Notes: generated by a model not told the origin, from the sequence alone. Counted from the stretch's first letter, positions 38,259 through 48,590 are shown. The stretch: DNA of 64,000 bases from an uncultured Bacteroidales bacterium (GCA_944321885.1 CALUNB010000004.1:6847-70846), one strand, 5' to 3'. A program made the numbers and translations.

Positions 38259-38511
38259 AGAAGATTGTTAAAATTTTCCTGCGAACTCGAAACAGACCTC
38301 CCAAGCCCCAAAAACCATCACGTCCCATAACCACATTCCCTCACACCACCCGGTTCCAAGATAATCGCAAATCAAATCAATGTAAATCAATTATGAAAGC
38401 AAATTCAAGAGGCAACTCAATAGCTAACAATTTCTTTAACGTGGAAACAATCCGCCTAAACAAATACCCCAAGCCCCACCGACCCGCATGCAAACAGAAT
38501 ATTGACTGTAC

Positions 38512-40371
38512 TTATTGCCGTGCTTCCAATGGGGGAAGCAAGCTGGATCTTTCTCTTGCTGACCAATCTCCCCAAGGCATCACCCTCCTCTGTGGATAAC
38601 AAATATACAGTTGCCTTTGGGCCCTTGTAATGGCAACATACAGATTGTTCTTCTCTTGTTGCATTTCAACACTATTCCTTCCCTTTCTAATTGCCCGGTA
38701 ATCAGGAAATGTACCCTCATCCATACCGACAAGGAAAACCACAACTGCCTGCTGCCCTTTCATTGTATGAACCGTACTCAATATTATTCCATTTCCTTCC
38801 GAAGCTGCAGGAGCGGTTTTCCCCAATGACATAGCATTCCGAAAAGCAGATAAAGAATGATTTGTCACACTCTTAGCATAAGAGACCCAATGATGTTTCA
38901 ACAATTCAAACTCACCAAAAACAGCCAAAGCTTCATCTGCTGATTTAAATACAAACGCATTCGAATTTCTTAGTAAGTTCAATATAAAATTGATTGTCTC
39001 AAACATATTGTCACAATCATCTTTCAATAGCGAAGCTTTCCGCACCACTTCCTTCAAGAACGAATCCTCAATTTTTCCGACAACACAATCCAATGTTTTG
39101 CAGCTATCTACACCAACTATGGACTGCAACATATCAAGATGTAATCTGTCATAAGGATTAGCTCTTACCACCATAGCCAAATCAAAAGCCTTAGCTGCTG
39201 TAGAGGAAAACTCCCAACCAGCACCCGTTGTTTTATAGTAATATGGTAAATTGCAACTCTTCAATTGACCTTCAATCTTCCCAAGAACGAATTTATTTCT
39301 GGCAAGTACTGCAATATCAGAATAGCTTAATATACCATCATAACCCTCTATTTCTGTACCAACCAATGATTTTATATCATCAACAACCCCTTGCGCTTCT
39401 TCACATGGCGTGTTATAAACACATTCCTTGCAAACACCGATATAAGGCAAAGTAACATCCAAGGCTTCATCATGCTCTATCTTCTGTGCATAATCCAAAA
39501 TCGCCTTTGCACTCCTATAATTCTCAGTCAGATTATAAACAGCCGGGTTATAGTCTTTCACAAAACATTCATCCATATATTCACTGCTCGAACCATTAAA
39601 TGCATATATAGATTGTCTGGTATCACCAACCAACATCACATTCTTATGTTCATTACCTGTAATAGCACGAAGAACCATATATTGGGCTTTGTTCAAATCC
39701 TGAGCCTCGTCCACGCAGATGTATGGGAAACTCCTTCTATACAAGTCTGCAATTTTAGGATTCTGTATCAGCAATTGATAGGCATTCAACAACAAATCGT
39801 CAAAATCAATTGCATTCAGCGAATCCATCTGTTCCCTATAATTCAAGTACAGATTACGCATCTGCTCATCTTCAACAACCCTAAAGAGTTCGTCATCCAA
39901 AATCACAGACCGTTTTATCAAGCTAATAGTATTCAATGCGCGGTAAAGAGTTTCTCTACGCTCTTTTTCACTTAATCCTCGGTACCACTGAGTCAAAGAG
40001 GGTGTTTCTTCAATAGTTTCCTCCAAAATTTTCTTCCTGTCGTCATCTGTAAAGATTTGTGGCATTATCACAAACCGAGTAGCGGCGATATGGTTCTCAA
40101 TTATAGACTCACATAACCCATGAAAGGTTGCAACAAAAACATGATCCAACAGACTTTCATCCGCTTCAGCAAGTCTTGTTCTAATTTCTTCGCAAGCCTT
40201 ATTGGTAAACGTGATAGCCAGCACTTTACGTCTAGTAACACCAGCCAACATCTTGATTCGCTCCACGAGAACCAACGTCTTACCACTACCCGCGCTTGCC
40301 CGCACCAATGCCGCGCCACCTTTCAATGATGCAATTTCCTGTTGCTTGGAAGACAACCTTATTTTACACAT
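38512..40371 (-). CDS. UvrD/PcrA/Rep-like SF1 helicase (GajB-like)
   Basis: ATG at 40371 (MCKIRLSSKQQEIA...). Motif I is VRASAGSGKTLVL and motif II is ICVDEAQDLN. The C-terminus has TVHTMKGQQAVVVFLVG and LYVAITRAQRQLYI. It overlaps the upstream OLD gene by 8 nt. Confidence 0.8.
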   Translation of the reverse strand: MCKIRLSSKQQEIASLKGGAALVRASAGSGKTLVLVERIKMLAGVTRRKVLAITFTNKACEEIRTRLAEADESLLDHVFVATFHGLCESIIENHIAATRFVIMPQIFTDDDRKKILEETIEETPSLTQWYRGLSEKERRETLYRALNTISLIKRSVILDDELFRVVEDEQMRNLYLNYREQMDSLNAIDFDDLLLNAYQLLIQNPKIADLYRRSFPYICVDEAQDLNKAQYMVLRAITGNEHKNVMLVGDTRQSIYAFNGSSSEYMDECFVKDYNPAVYNLTENYRSAKAILDYAQKIEHDEALDVTLPYIGVCKECVYNTPCEEAQGVVDDIKSLVGTEIEGYDGILSYSDIAVLARNKFVLGKIEGQLKSCNLPYYYKTTGAGWEFSSTAAKAFDLAMVVRANPYDRLHLDMLQSIVGVDSCKTLDCVVGKIEDSFLKEVVRKASLLKDDCDNMFETINFILNLLRNSNAFVFKSADEALAVFGEFELLKHHWVSYAKSVTNHSLSAFRNAMSLGKTAPAASEGNGIILSTVHTMKGQQAVVVFLVGMDEGTFPDYRAIRKGRNSVEMQQEKNNLYVAITRAQRQLYICYPQRRVMPWGDWSARERSSLLPPLEARQ

Positions 40372-42193
40372 GGTATACGTCCTTTTTGATTTTCTCAAAT
40401 AGCGCAACTATTAATGGAGGTAAATTTTTGTCACTTCCAACAATATAATGTGCCAGAATCGGGCCTAACTGAGCCTTATTCTTCTCCATGATGTCATCCA
40501 AAGCCGTTAATCGGCCATTTTCACCATCGTATATCCGTTGAATGTCCTCATAGATGGGTTGACGACATTTGTCACATACCTTGGATGTCTTTTTTCGTTT
40601 TTTGGGTGTGTGATTATTTTGTCTAATAAAGTTATCAATAAAACCTTTTCCTTTCAAGTGTTCGATAGCACATTCTATTTCCTCCCTATACCCTTCCCGA
40701 AGGAGCATGCCTTCAAAATCCTTTTCGCCAGGAATGATAAAAATATTCTCTTGCCCTTCTAATTCCGTATTCCCATCATAAATCCTCTTTACAAGTTTTT
40801 CTAGGTCCCGCTGAGTTTCTTTTTCGCCATCCGAAAAAATATACCATGGAATTCGAAAAGCATTAGCAAGAACCACAAACGGATAATAGTTACCACATCC
40901 CTTTGCATCTACAAACGACAACCCCAACTCAACAGGAGTTGACTTCATATGTTTTGTACAGAAGATAGGCAAAGCCTGTGCTTCCGTTTCCCCTTCGCCC
41001 AACACAATTGCCTTGGCAAACAGCAACTCACCGTTACTCACCAATACGGCTTGTTCTATTTTCCGCTGGTCCTCGGACTCCAAATCCGCAATAGGCAAAC
41101 TACCACAAACCGTCTTCTCTCCATCTTTATACAGTCCCCTCAATTCAGACAAAGCCGCACATGCCGCCACATACGGAGAATGAGTTGAGATTATTTTCAT
41201 GCCCGGCATTTCACTCATTTGTCTATAGAGCTGCTTCTGTGCATTCGGATGCAAATGAGCCTCAGGCTCTTCGATTGCTATAATCGGCAAGAACGCTGCT
41301 TCATCCGCGCACTTGCTATCATTCAGTTGCTTTACAAAGGCCTTAAACGACAACATGGAAGACCAACTTCTAGTCCCCATCCCATGATAGTCCATTGTAA
41401 AACAATTCTCCTCAGTCCCATAATGGATAGTCAGACTCTTGTTCAAGTCACGCAATTTCTTTGCAAAAGGCGAAACATATACCGTCCCAGAAGAACCCAT
41501 TGCAGAGTCAATTCCTTTTAAGGACTCCTGAATGTTCTTAAGCACATTGCTTTTATCTATGGCCTCCGTATTCAAAGAACTTATTTTCTCTTCCAATTCA
41601 GCCACGTCTTGCGGGTCATAATTGCTAGCCACATCACCCAACATTTTACCCAAATAGGAAGTCCTTGATTTTATATCATCCTGAATATCTCGTTTTGCAT
41701 CCAAGTAGTGGAATTGAAAACAATCCCCCTTTATCGTTGATTTCTTACCTTTCATATCCTGCCAAACAATGCCCGAAGACTCCCAGTCATTCAAAACCTG
41801 CATATCCCTGTTGAATGCGTTCTGCAGCGGCTGGAACGTGTACTTAACCCGTAAAGGCACATAGGCAAGTTCGTCAGCAATTTTTATGTTCTCCGCACCA
41901 AATGCGATTTCCCATACATCTGAAAAATTTGCAACGCGCTGCCCGTCTTCACCGATTGCCACAACCTTTGCATCAACAATGATGCAATCTGATTTATCAT
42001 TCTTATCAATATGCAAGTCTTCGGCCGCAAGGAAAGAACTGTTACCAAACAACAACTGCAACGCTTTCAAAACAGATGTCTTTCCGACATTATTCATGCC
42101 GGTTAATACAGTGGTTTCAGAAAGACTCATTTTAAAATCCTTCAATCCACGAAACCCATCTATTCTAATTTCGTCAATCAAAACCCTTTGCAT
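40364..42193 (-). CDS. OLD-family ATP-dependent endonuclease (ABC ATPase + Toprim; GajA-like)
   Basis: The N-terminus reads IDEIRIDGFRGLKDF...LTGMNNVGKTSVLKAL (Walker A). Walker B is LPIIAIEEPEAHLHPNAQ. The Toprim Glu context is AIVLGEGETEAQALP. 609 aa. A UvrD-like helicase follows immediately. Confidence 0.8.
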   Translation of the reverse strand: MQRVLIDEIRIDGFRGLKDFKMSLSETTVLTGMNNVGKTSVLKALQLLFGNSSFLAAEDLHIDKNDKSDCIIVDAKVVAIGEDGQRVANFSDVWEIAFGAENIKIADELAYVPLRVKYTFQPLQNAFNRDMQVLNDWESSGIVWQDMKGKKSTIKGDCFQFHYLDAKRDIQDDIKSRTSYLGKMLGDVASNYDPQDVAELEEKISSLNTEAIDKSNVLKNIQESLKGIDSAMGSSGTVYVSPFAKKLRDLNKSLTIHYGTEENCFTMDYHGMGTRSWSSMLSFKAFVKQLNDSKCADEAAFLPIIAIEEPEAHLHPNAQKQLYRQMSEMPGMKIISTHSPYVAACAALSELRGLYKDGEKTVCGSLPIADLESEDQRKIEQAVLVSNGELLFAKAIVLGEGETEAQALPIFCTKHMKSTPVELGLSFVDAKGCGNYYPFVVLANAFRIPWYIFSDGEKETQRDLEKLVKRIYDGNTELEGQENIFIIPGEKDFEGMLLREGYREEIECAIEHLKGKGFIDNFIRQNNHTPKKRKKTSKVCDKCRQPIYEDIQRIYDGENGRLTALDDIMEKNKAQLGPILAHYIVGSDKNLPPLIVALFEKIKKDVYHV

Positions 42194-42279
42194 AAAACAA
42201 CATCCAATTTTACATTATAAAGGCCCCTAAAAACCTCTTACAGGTACCTCATCACATCTGTAAATGTGCATATCTGATA

Positions 42280-42287
42280 CAAAGATA
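42280..42287 (-). promoter_or_regulatory. Candidate Bacteroidota -7 promoter element (TAnnTTTG) upstream of the OLD/UvrD pair
   Basis: The minus strand reads TATCTTTG, about 90 nt upstream of the ATG at 42193. This is a motif match only. Confidence 0.2.
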
Positions 42288-42370
42288 CAATTTTCCATGT
42301 AACATCAACTACCTACCCACTATGACCCTCATGGAATGGTACACAATCTCTAGCAGAATCCATCTCCCCT

Positions 42371-43219
42371 TCACAACACCACCCGCTCCACCTGGTTCCA
42401 ATCCAAACCCGAGGCAGCCGTCTGCAAATCCACAAAATCGAAATCCGTCAACCAACGCCGCAACTTCCTCTCCGCCCGGCCCAAACCATAATACGATTTA
42501 AAGCGGCGCAACAAGTTCAACTCCCCAATCATAGGCTGGGCCGGATCCAAGTCCCGAGGATGGATGTAACTCATCAAATAATCAGAAGATTCAATTGTCC
42601 ATTTCCGAATATTCCGGTAAGGGAACAACCTGAAATACCCACCCCCGGAAAAAATGACATGCTTCCCAAGCATCGTCTTGTACGTTATCGGGAACTCCTT
42701 GATAGCAAAACCCTTCCCACAAATCAAAGCAGGACCGTGCCCTTTATACGAAGGCATCCCCCCATGGGCATGATGGGCAGGGAACACCGAGCTGTCATAT
42801 TGGATTCCAAGCTCAGCCAGAATCTCAAATGCCCAAGCCTCCGATTCACGGATGGAAAAACCCGGAGCCCGGAAACAGACAACCTTCCGGCCAGAAAGGT
42901 CCTCCAATCGCTTCAAAGACTCCTCCAAGTCGGCCTTGAAAGCCGCAGGCGTCTGTTGCCAAACCAATTGATGGTTCATCGTATGCGAACCAATCTGGAA
43001 CCGTTCCGCTATACGGCGGACCAAAGCCGGATACTGCTTGGCGACCCAACCGATAATGAAGAAAGTAGCCTTGGTGTCGGTCGAATCCAAAATATCGAAC
43101 AAACGCCCCACGTTCCCCTCTATCCGTTTTTCGTAACGACACCATTGTTGCTCGCTCCGGGTGGAATCGTTGTCCAACAAATGGAACCACTCTTCCGTAT
43201 CGAATGTAAGAATATTCAT
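42371..43219 (-). CDS. Polysaccharide deacetylase family protein (DUF3473-containing type)
   Basis: MNILTFDTEEWFH..., ATFFIIGWVA, IGSHTMNH and CFRAPGFSI give the NodB-like motif set. There is a 1-nt TAATG overlap with the upstream gene. Confidence 0.8.
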   Translation of the reverse strand: MNILTFDTEEWFHLLDNDSTRSEQQWCRYEKRIEGNVGRLFDILDSTDTKATFFIIGWVAKQYPALVRRIAERFQIGSHTMNHQLVWQQTPAAFKADLEESLKRLEDLSGRKVVCFRAPGFSIRESEAWAFEILAELGIQYDSSVFPAHHAHGGMPSYKGHGPALICGKGFAIKEFPITYKTMLGKHVIFSGGGYFRLFPYRNIRKWTIESSDYLMSYIHPRDLDPAQPMIGELNLLRRFKSYYGLGRAERKLRRWLTDFDFVDLQTAASGLDWNQVERVVL

Positions 43220-43986
43220 TAATAAAACCTTTTTCCTTTGCGATAAAACTCCCTGACATCGTCACGAGTCGGAAAAGAATAGTAAGACATCTGCTCATCA
43301 TCATTGGGAATCAATTGATAATTCCCCGAATAGATTAACTCTATCGCTTCCACAATAGCATCCATTCCCATCCTCTTGCTCTGTTTTATCAAACCTTGCT
43401 GGGTGGTTGCCGCATCAATAGGTATCCTCTTTTGAACCAAAATATCTCCACTGTCAATCCCTTCATCCACAAAAAATACGGATACCCCCGTTTCCGTTTC
43501 TTCATTTTTGAGTACCCAAAAAGAAGGCATCAGCCCTCTATACTTGGGCAAAAGTGCGGTATGCAAGTTCAAACATCCTTTAGGTGCCAATTCTATCACA
43601 CCACGCTTAAATATCTGATTACCAGCTATAGAAATAAGCAAATCGGGATTATACGAGGATATTAACGCCAACGAATCCGGATGATTGATTCCCTTTTCCA
43701 GCCGTATAATAGGTATCCCGTATTTTTCCAACACAGAAGCCACATCCTTACTAGAATTCAATTTGTTACACACATAAGTCCATCCATAGTGAATAAAAAA
43801 GCGAAGGCCAAAAACAGAATACGTTTTCTTCATTTTACGAAGAAAGGATTCCCTTTTGCCAAACGGAGATACATCAAACAAGACCGTTGCCACGACCTGT
43901 GCATACGGCGGAAGTTTCGACAATAGATATTGAATATTTTCAGCCAAATAGAAAGGATCCGACTGGGTCAGCAAAATAATTCTCAT
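43219..43986 (-). CDS. Formyltransferase family protein
   Basis: NLHTALLPKYRGLMPSFWVL (formyl-transferase N-domain signature) and VFFVDEGIDSGDIL. There is an ATGA overlap with the upstream gene. Confidence 0.75.
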   Translation of the reverse strand: MRIILLTQSDPFYLAENIQYLLSKLPPYAQVVATVLFDVSPFGKRESFLRKMKKTYSVFGLRFFIHYGWTYVCNKLNSSKDVASVLEKYGIPIIRLEKGINHPDSLALISSYNPDLLISIAGNQIFKRGVIELAPKGCLNLHTALLPKYRGLMPSFWVLKNEETETGVSVFFVDEGIDSGDILVQKRIPIDAATTQQGLIKQSKRMGMDAIVEAIELIYSGNYQLIPNDDEQMSYYSFPTRDDVREFYRKGKRFY

Positions 43987-44690
43987 AATCGATTCAAATA
44001 ATATGATATGACAAACTTAAAATACACAACCTGCCGTTTAATCCGCGTCGGTTGTTTCAAAAGACGATACAACCACTCCAAACCCAATTTACAAAATATC
44101 TGTGGAGCCCTTTTCACATTACCAACATACACGTCGAAACTTCCACCCAAGCCTTGATATAACGCAGGATGGACACGCAACATCTCCTGCATCAAAAACT
44201 CTTGCTTGGGTGACCCCATCGCCACAAAAACAACATCCGGACTCTTCTCCACGATGTCCCGAATCAAAACATCCTTGGCATTGGGTTCTCTCAAATATCC
44301 ATTACGATACCCCACAATATTGAGTCTTGGAAAATCTTTTCTTAATTTGGAAACCGTCGCTTCTATAACCTCTTCTTTTCCTCCCACCAAATAAAACTTT
44401 TTACCGGTCAAAAGCCCCTCCCGGATAATATCCAGCCACAACTCGCAACCCGGAATTTTCACAACGGGAATCCCGCTCTTCTTTCGTACAGCCTTGACAG
44501 CCCCAACACCATCACAATAACCGATATTGTCATTAATGAGGGTTTTCAGTTCTGCTGTAGCATTCATAATCTTTTCAGCATTGACCGCAACCAAGATCCC
44601 ACACCGATTAAAAGCCAATTCCAACAACTCGTCTTTTGACTTGAACGGATAAACTTTTATCCCCTTCAAATCTACTCTGTTATCTTGCAT
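43983..44690 (-). CDS. WecB/TagA/CpsF-family glycosyltransferase
   Basis: 235 aa with VNAEKIM, YLVGGKEEV, FVAMGSPKQEF, and GLEWLYRLLKQPTRIKRQ at the C-terminus. Confidence 0.85.
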   Translation of the reverse strand: MQDNRVDLKGIKVYPFKSKDELLELAFNRCGILVAVNAEKIMNATAELKTLINDNIGYCDGVGAVKAVRKKSGIPVVKIPGCELWLDIIREGLLTGKKFYLVGGKEEVIEATVSKLRKDFPRLNIVGYRNGYLREPNAKDVLIRDIVEKSPDVVFVAMGSPKQEFLMQEMLRVHPALYQGLGGSFDVYVGNVKRAPQIFCKLGLEWLYRLLKQPTRIKRQVVYFKFVISYYLNRL

Positions 44691-45883
44691 GATGACAAAA
44701 GATAATAACTTAACGCATTAAACATAAAGGCATTGCTCCAACGCATATATGGAATCTTGGAACTGATACCCTGCTTCAACTGGTAATAAAAATACCCTTT
44801 CCGGTCCTGCATATGGGAAACCGTCCACTCCAGAACCTTTTCAGCCAAATCCTTATATTCCGCAAACTTGCCCAAACGATGCAAAGTCACAAACAACTGC
44901 CCGGGACAATGGATGTCGATAGGGAATTTCCTGTCATGGTAATACTTTGGACAGCCATCCGATTCGAAAAAGTTCTTGATATAAAAATCGAAACCCTTTT
45001 CGATATGGGTGCTGAACGCATTATCGCCCGTTTGTTCCTGATAGGCAATCAAGCCATCCAAATTGTACCCTGTATGGAAACTATCTATCCAAAACTGCAC
45101 TGGCAACATCCCATAAACCCAAGAGCCATCAGCCGCCTGCGCTTGACAACAAGCAAGGACAGAAGACCGGGCGGCCTCTTTATAGGTTTCATTTCCCGTG
45201 TAATGAAAACAATAGGCCAATAACTTACTCCCCAAAAGAGAGGCATTGAAAACCGTATCGTTTCCCGGCAAAGGGCTGTATGAGAACAAGAAGCCACCTT
45301 TGTAATCCGTCCTGTGCAAATCCTCCAAAACGAACCGAGCCGAAGAAAGCGCCACATCCAGATACCGCTGTTCCCGGGTCACCTCATAGGCTTCCATCAA
45401 TGCCGTAGCGCAAAAATTGGTTGCCACTACCGTCGGAGTAAACCTCGGAAACAAGAACATCCGACGAGCCTGCCAATCGAAATTATACCCCCAACAAGCC
45501 CCACTGTACCCCTTCGACTGCAAGGCAAGCAACAAATCGGCTAGTTCCCGCACCTGTCCCAGCAAACTTTCCGGTGCTCCCAAAGAAGCCTCCAAATTCG
45601 GATTATCCTTAACCACCTTGTAAAGATTACAATAAGCCTGCAAGAACAATCCGATTCCTTTGGCATTATACTCCTTGGGGACGAGCGCGATAGGTCTGAG
45701 ATTGACAGGACATCGTTTGAATCCTTGAATCACGACCAGACGACACAGTGCCGACTTTTTCAAGAATGGGATGGATTGGAACACCTTCGAGTTCAAGCCA
45801 TCATAGGGATCCCAGCCTTTGAAATGCTGGGATTCGCAATAGTTACGAAGTTTTTTGATAGGCGTCAAAAAATCACTTCCCAT
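44672..45883 (-). CDS. Hypothetical protein of capsule loci, probably an (alpha/alpha)6-barrel fold
   Basis: 403 aa. Repeated aromatic/Gly-rich helical hairpins are present (GYSGACWGYNFDWQ, DGSWVYG, WIDSFHTGYNL). No catalytic family could be named with confidence. Confidence 0.5.
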   Translation of the reverse strand: MGSDFLTPIKKLRNYCESQHFKGWDPYDGLNSKVFQSIPFLKKSALCRLVVIQGFKRCPVNLRPIALVPKEYNAKGIGLFLQAYCNLYKVVKDNPNLEASLGAPESLLGQVRELADLLLALQSKGYSGACWGYNFDWQARRMFLFPRFTPTVVATNFCATALMEAYEVTREQRYLDVALSSARFVLEDLHRTDYKGGFLFSYSPLPGNDTVFNASLLGSKLLAYCFHYTGNETYKEAARSSVLACCQAQAADGSWVYGMLPVQFWIDSFHTGYNLDGLIAYQEQTGDNAFSTHIEKGFDFYIKNFFESDGCPKYYHDRKFPIDIHCPGQLFVTLHRLGKFAEYKDLAEKVLEWTVSHMQDRKGYFYYQLKQGISSKIPYMRWSNAFMFNALSYYLLSSCKITE

Positions 45884-45901
45884 AACGGTAATTCTTAAGG
45901 G

Positions 45902-46525
45902 TCATTGTATACCCAATATTTTTTCATGTTTTGCAATATCGTCTTCTGAAAATCGATACCGGATAACTCTGGCAGGATTTCCTCCGACAATCGCATAGGG
46001 CGGTACGTTTTTAGTCACAACAGCTCCGGCCCCGACAATGGCACCTCGCCCTATTGTCACTCCTTTCAAAATGATAGCATGGCATCCAACCCAAACATCA
46101 TCTTCAATCACTACCGGCAAATCATCATCTTTCCTTTTCGAATGATTATCAAAGATGTAAACCCCAATATCCCGAAAATTATGGTTCCCGGTCATAATGG
46201 TAACACCAGGCCCGAATGTCACTTTACTACCAATGGTAATCGCACAAACACTAGAAAAAAGTGCATTCGGACCAATGTAAACATCATTGCCGATGACAAT
46301 TCGCTCATAGGAAAACACAGAATTCAAGGGACTAAAATGCACATTACGTCCGCACTGTTTAAATGCAGACCGCATACATTTTGACACGAAAAAATCACCC
46401 TTCAAATAAATAACCTTCTGATTTTCAATACAATATATGAAACAGGATTCATTTTCAAAATTTAACAACAGAACCTGAGTCTTGCAAAGATTTAAGTACA
46501 GCAAAAGTAGATTTCGTAACTGCAA
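45902..46525 (-). CDS. Left-handed beta-helix (hexapeptide) O-acetyltransferase; start uncertain
   Basis: Hexapeptide repeats (IGNDVYIGPN, IGSKVTFGPGVTI, VWVGCHAIILKGVTIGRGAIVGAGAVV). The ORF-track start at 46525 is a TTG and overlaps the upstream gene by 71 nt. The first ATG is at 46375. Confidence 0.7.
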   Translation of the reverse strand: MQLRNLLLLYLNLCKTQVLLLNFENESCFIYCIENQKVIYLKGDFFVSKCMRSAFKQCGRNVHFSPLNSVFSYERIVIGNDVYIGPNALFSSVCAITIGSKVTFGPGVTIMTGNHNFRDIGVYIFDNHSKRKDDDLPVVIEDDVWVGCHAIILKGVTIGRGAIVGAGAVVTKNVPPYAIVGGNPARVIRYRFSEDDIAKHEKILGIQ

Positions 46526-48587
46526 AAATTTCGTCCATCGATATAGGCATGCAACCTTCCTTCAAAGATTTGAAGAACTCTGACATCATATCTTTCTGCC
46601 CCTTGTCCTGTGCTGACAAAGTATGCTTTTCAAGCTTCTTTCCGTAGATCTCGCATCTTTTGAAATCGCGAATAATGCCCGTCATACCTGTCGAATACAC
46701 TTCAAAATATTCCTTTTCCAACAACTTTGAACCATTGGCATAATATGCCACCACCCCCGTCGAACCGTTCTCAAACTCCACAAGGATATTAACCGTGTCA
46801 TTCAGTTTTTGGGCATCAGACAAAGCCATCGCCGATACTTTACAGGGAAAGCTGCCACACATAAAGGTCATAAAATCTATAAAATGGCAAGCCTCTCCTA
46901 TAATGCGACCTCCACCCACCTGCATATCTTGAATCCAAGAGTCTGCCGGTATGGCTCCTGCATTTACCCTATACACCATTGACATTTTCCCTACCCCCAT
47001 TTTCTTCTTCAGAATCTTTGCAAAAGGAGAGAAACGTCGATTGAAGCCAATCATGACACCCTGTTTCTTTTCCGCACAGAGCTTTTCTATCTCCTGCAAC
47101 TCCTCCATTGTCAAACAAAGGGGTTTCTCCACATACACGTTTTTTCCCGCGTTCAAAGCATCCATAACGTAACGAGCATGCGTATCATGCCTCGTTGCAA
47201 CGAATATTGTATTTATCGTCTTATCCTGTAATATGTCTTGCTCCGAAGAGGTACATTTTGCAAATTTGTACTTTTCTGCAACACGTTTTGCCGTTGTCCC
47301 GGAATTGGTCATGACAGCGATACGGCCCACTTCGTCTGTGGACGGAAGATTAGGCAACAAATTTCCCTGCGCATAGCTCCCTGCACCGATAAACCCAATG
47401 TTTATACGGTTCGTTTTTACCGCTGCATTGACCTCCAACGCCTTACGAACATGTTCTTTGGAATAATCATATTCCAGAACTATCCCCAAGAAAGGTTCAG
47501 AACGATTCACAACAATATCATAGGCTTTAGGCGCGTCCTCAAACTTAAACCTATGAGTTGTCAAATAAGAAATATCCATCTTGCCCGATGCCACCAAACG
47601 CTGAAAGGCCTCCATATTGCGCTTTTCCGTCCAACGGACATAAGCTGCCGGGTAATCTTCTCCCTTTTCTTCATAATTCAAATCGTAACGTCCCGGCCCA
47701 TAGGAACAAGACATACGCAACTCCAACTCTTTCTTGTAATAATAAGGATCCCGATCAAAACCCGTTGGCACTGCCCCCAGCACAACGACCCGTCCTTTTT
47801 TACGGCAAATCGCTCCGGCAAAATTCACCGGGTCCAAGCTATCGGTAGCCGCTGCAATAATTACAGCATCAACACCCAGCCCATGCGTATAGTCCAATAC
47901 CGTTTCAATTATCCCCGGAGTACTACGAGTAAAAGCCAAATCTGCACAATGTTTCCGCGACATCACAACAGCGTTTTCCGAAACATCGATACCAATCACA
48001 TTGACACCCGATGCCTTCAGTTCCAAACAAGCCAGTTGCCCTATCAAACCTAAACCAATAACAGCACATGTTTCACCCAAACGCAAATCAGCCTGTCTCA
48101 CCCCCTGAAGCGCAATTGCGCCTAAAGTGTTATAACAAGCCAATGACAAATCCGCCTCCTTGTCCAGTTTAACACACAAATTGACCGGCACGCTTACAAC
48201 TTCCGCATGATTGGCATAACCAGCCCCCGCACAAGCCACAAAATCACCGACCTCGAACCCAACCACATCATCCGCCACTTCAATCACTTCTCCAGCACAA
48301 CTATAGCCCAAAGGCGAATAGGCATCCAGCTTCTTCATGACAGCCCGGTATGTCTGCACAACCCCCTGCTTTTTCAAAACATCCAATACTTGACGTACTT
48401 GTTGTGGACGCTCTTTCGCTTTTCCTATCAAACTCTTACGTGCAGCTTTAACTGTCGAACCTTCCGTACCCGCACTAATCAAAGAATAGTGATTCTTCAC
48501 CAAAACCATACCATTTGCCAACTGAGGCATAGGCAATTCTTGAATCACCATTTCTCCAGAACCTAATTTTTGCGTTAACTGTTCCAT
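46455..48587 (-). CDS. Bi-domain oxidoreductase (Zn-type alcohol dehydrogenase-like N-half + Gfo/Idh/MocA C-half)
   Basis: The N-half has MDR features (VKNHYSLISAGTE, VIGLGLIGQL). The C-half has INIGFIGAGSYAQGNLLP and a Gfo/Idh/MocA-like region. 710 aa. Confidence 0.8.
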   Translation of the reverse strand: MEQLTQKLGSGEMVIQELPMPQLANGMVLVKNHYSLISAGTEGSTVKAARKSLIGKAKERPQQVRQVLDVLKKQGVVQTYRAVMKKLDAYSPLGYSCAGEVIEVADDVVGFEVGDFVACAGAGYANHAEVVSVPVNLCVKLDKEADLSLACYNTLGAIALQGVRQADLRLGETCAVIGLGLIGQLACLELKASGVNVIGIDVSENAVVMSRKHCADLAFTRSTPGIIETVLDYTHGLGVDAVIIAAATDSLDPVNFAGAICRKKGRVVVLGAVPTGFDRDPYYYKKELELRMSCSYGPGRYDLNYEEKGEDYPAAYVRWTEKRNMEAFQRLVASGKMDISYLTTHRFKFEDAPKAYDIVVNRSEPFLGIVLEYDYSKEHVRKALEVNAAVKTNRINIGFIGAGSYAQGNLLPNLPSTDEVGRIAVMTNSGTTAKRVAEKYKFAKCTSSEQDILQDKTINTIFVATRHDTHARYVMDALNAGKNVYVEKPLCLTMEELQEIEKLCAEKKQGVMIGFNRRFSPFAKILKKKMGVGKMSMVYRVNAGAIPADSWIQDMQVGGGRIIGEACHFIDFMTFMCGSFPCKVSAMALSDAQKLNDTVNILVEFENGSTGVVAYYANGSKLLEKEYFEVYSTGMTGIIRDFKRCEIYGKKLEKHTLSAQDKGQKDMMSEFFKSLKEGCMPISMDEIFAVTKSTFAVLKSLQDSGSVVKF

Positions 48588-48590
48588 ATC

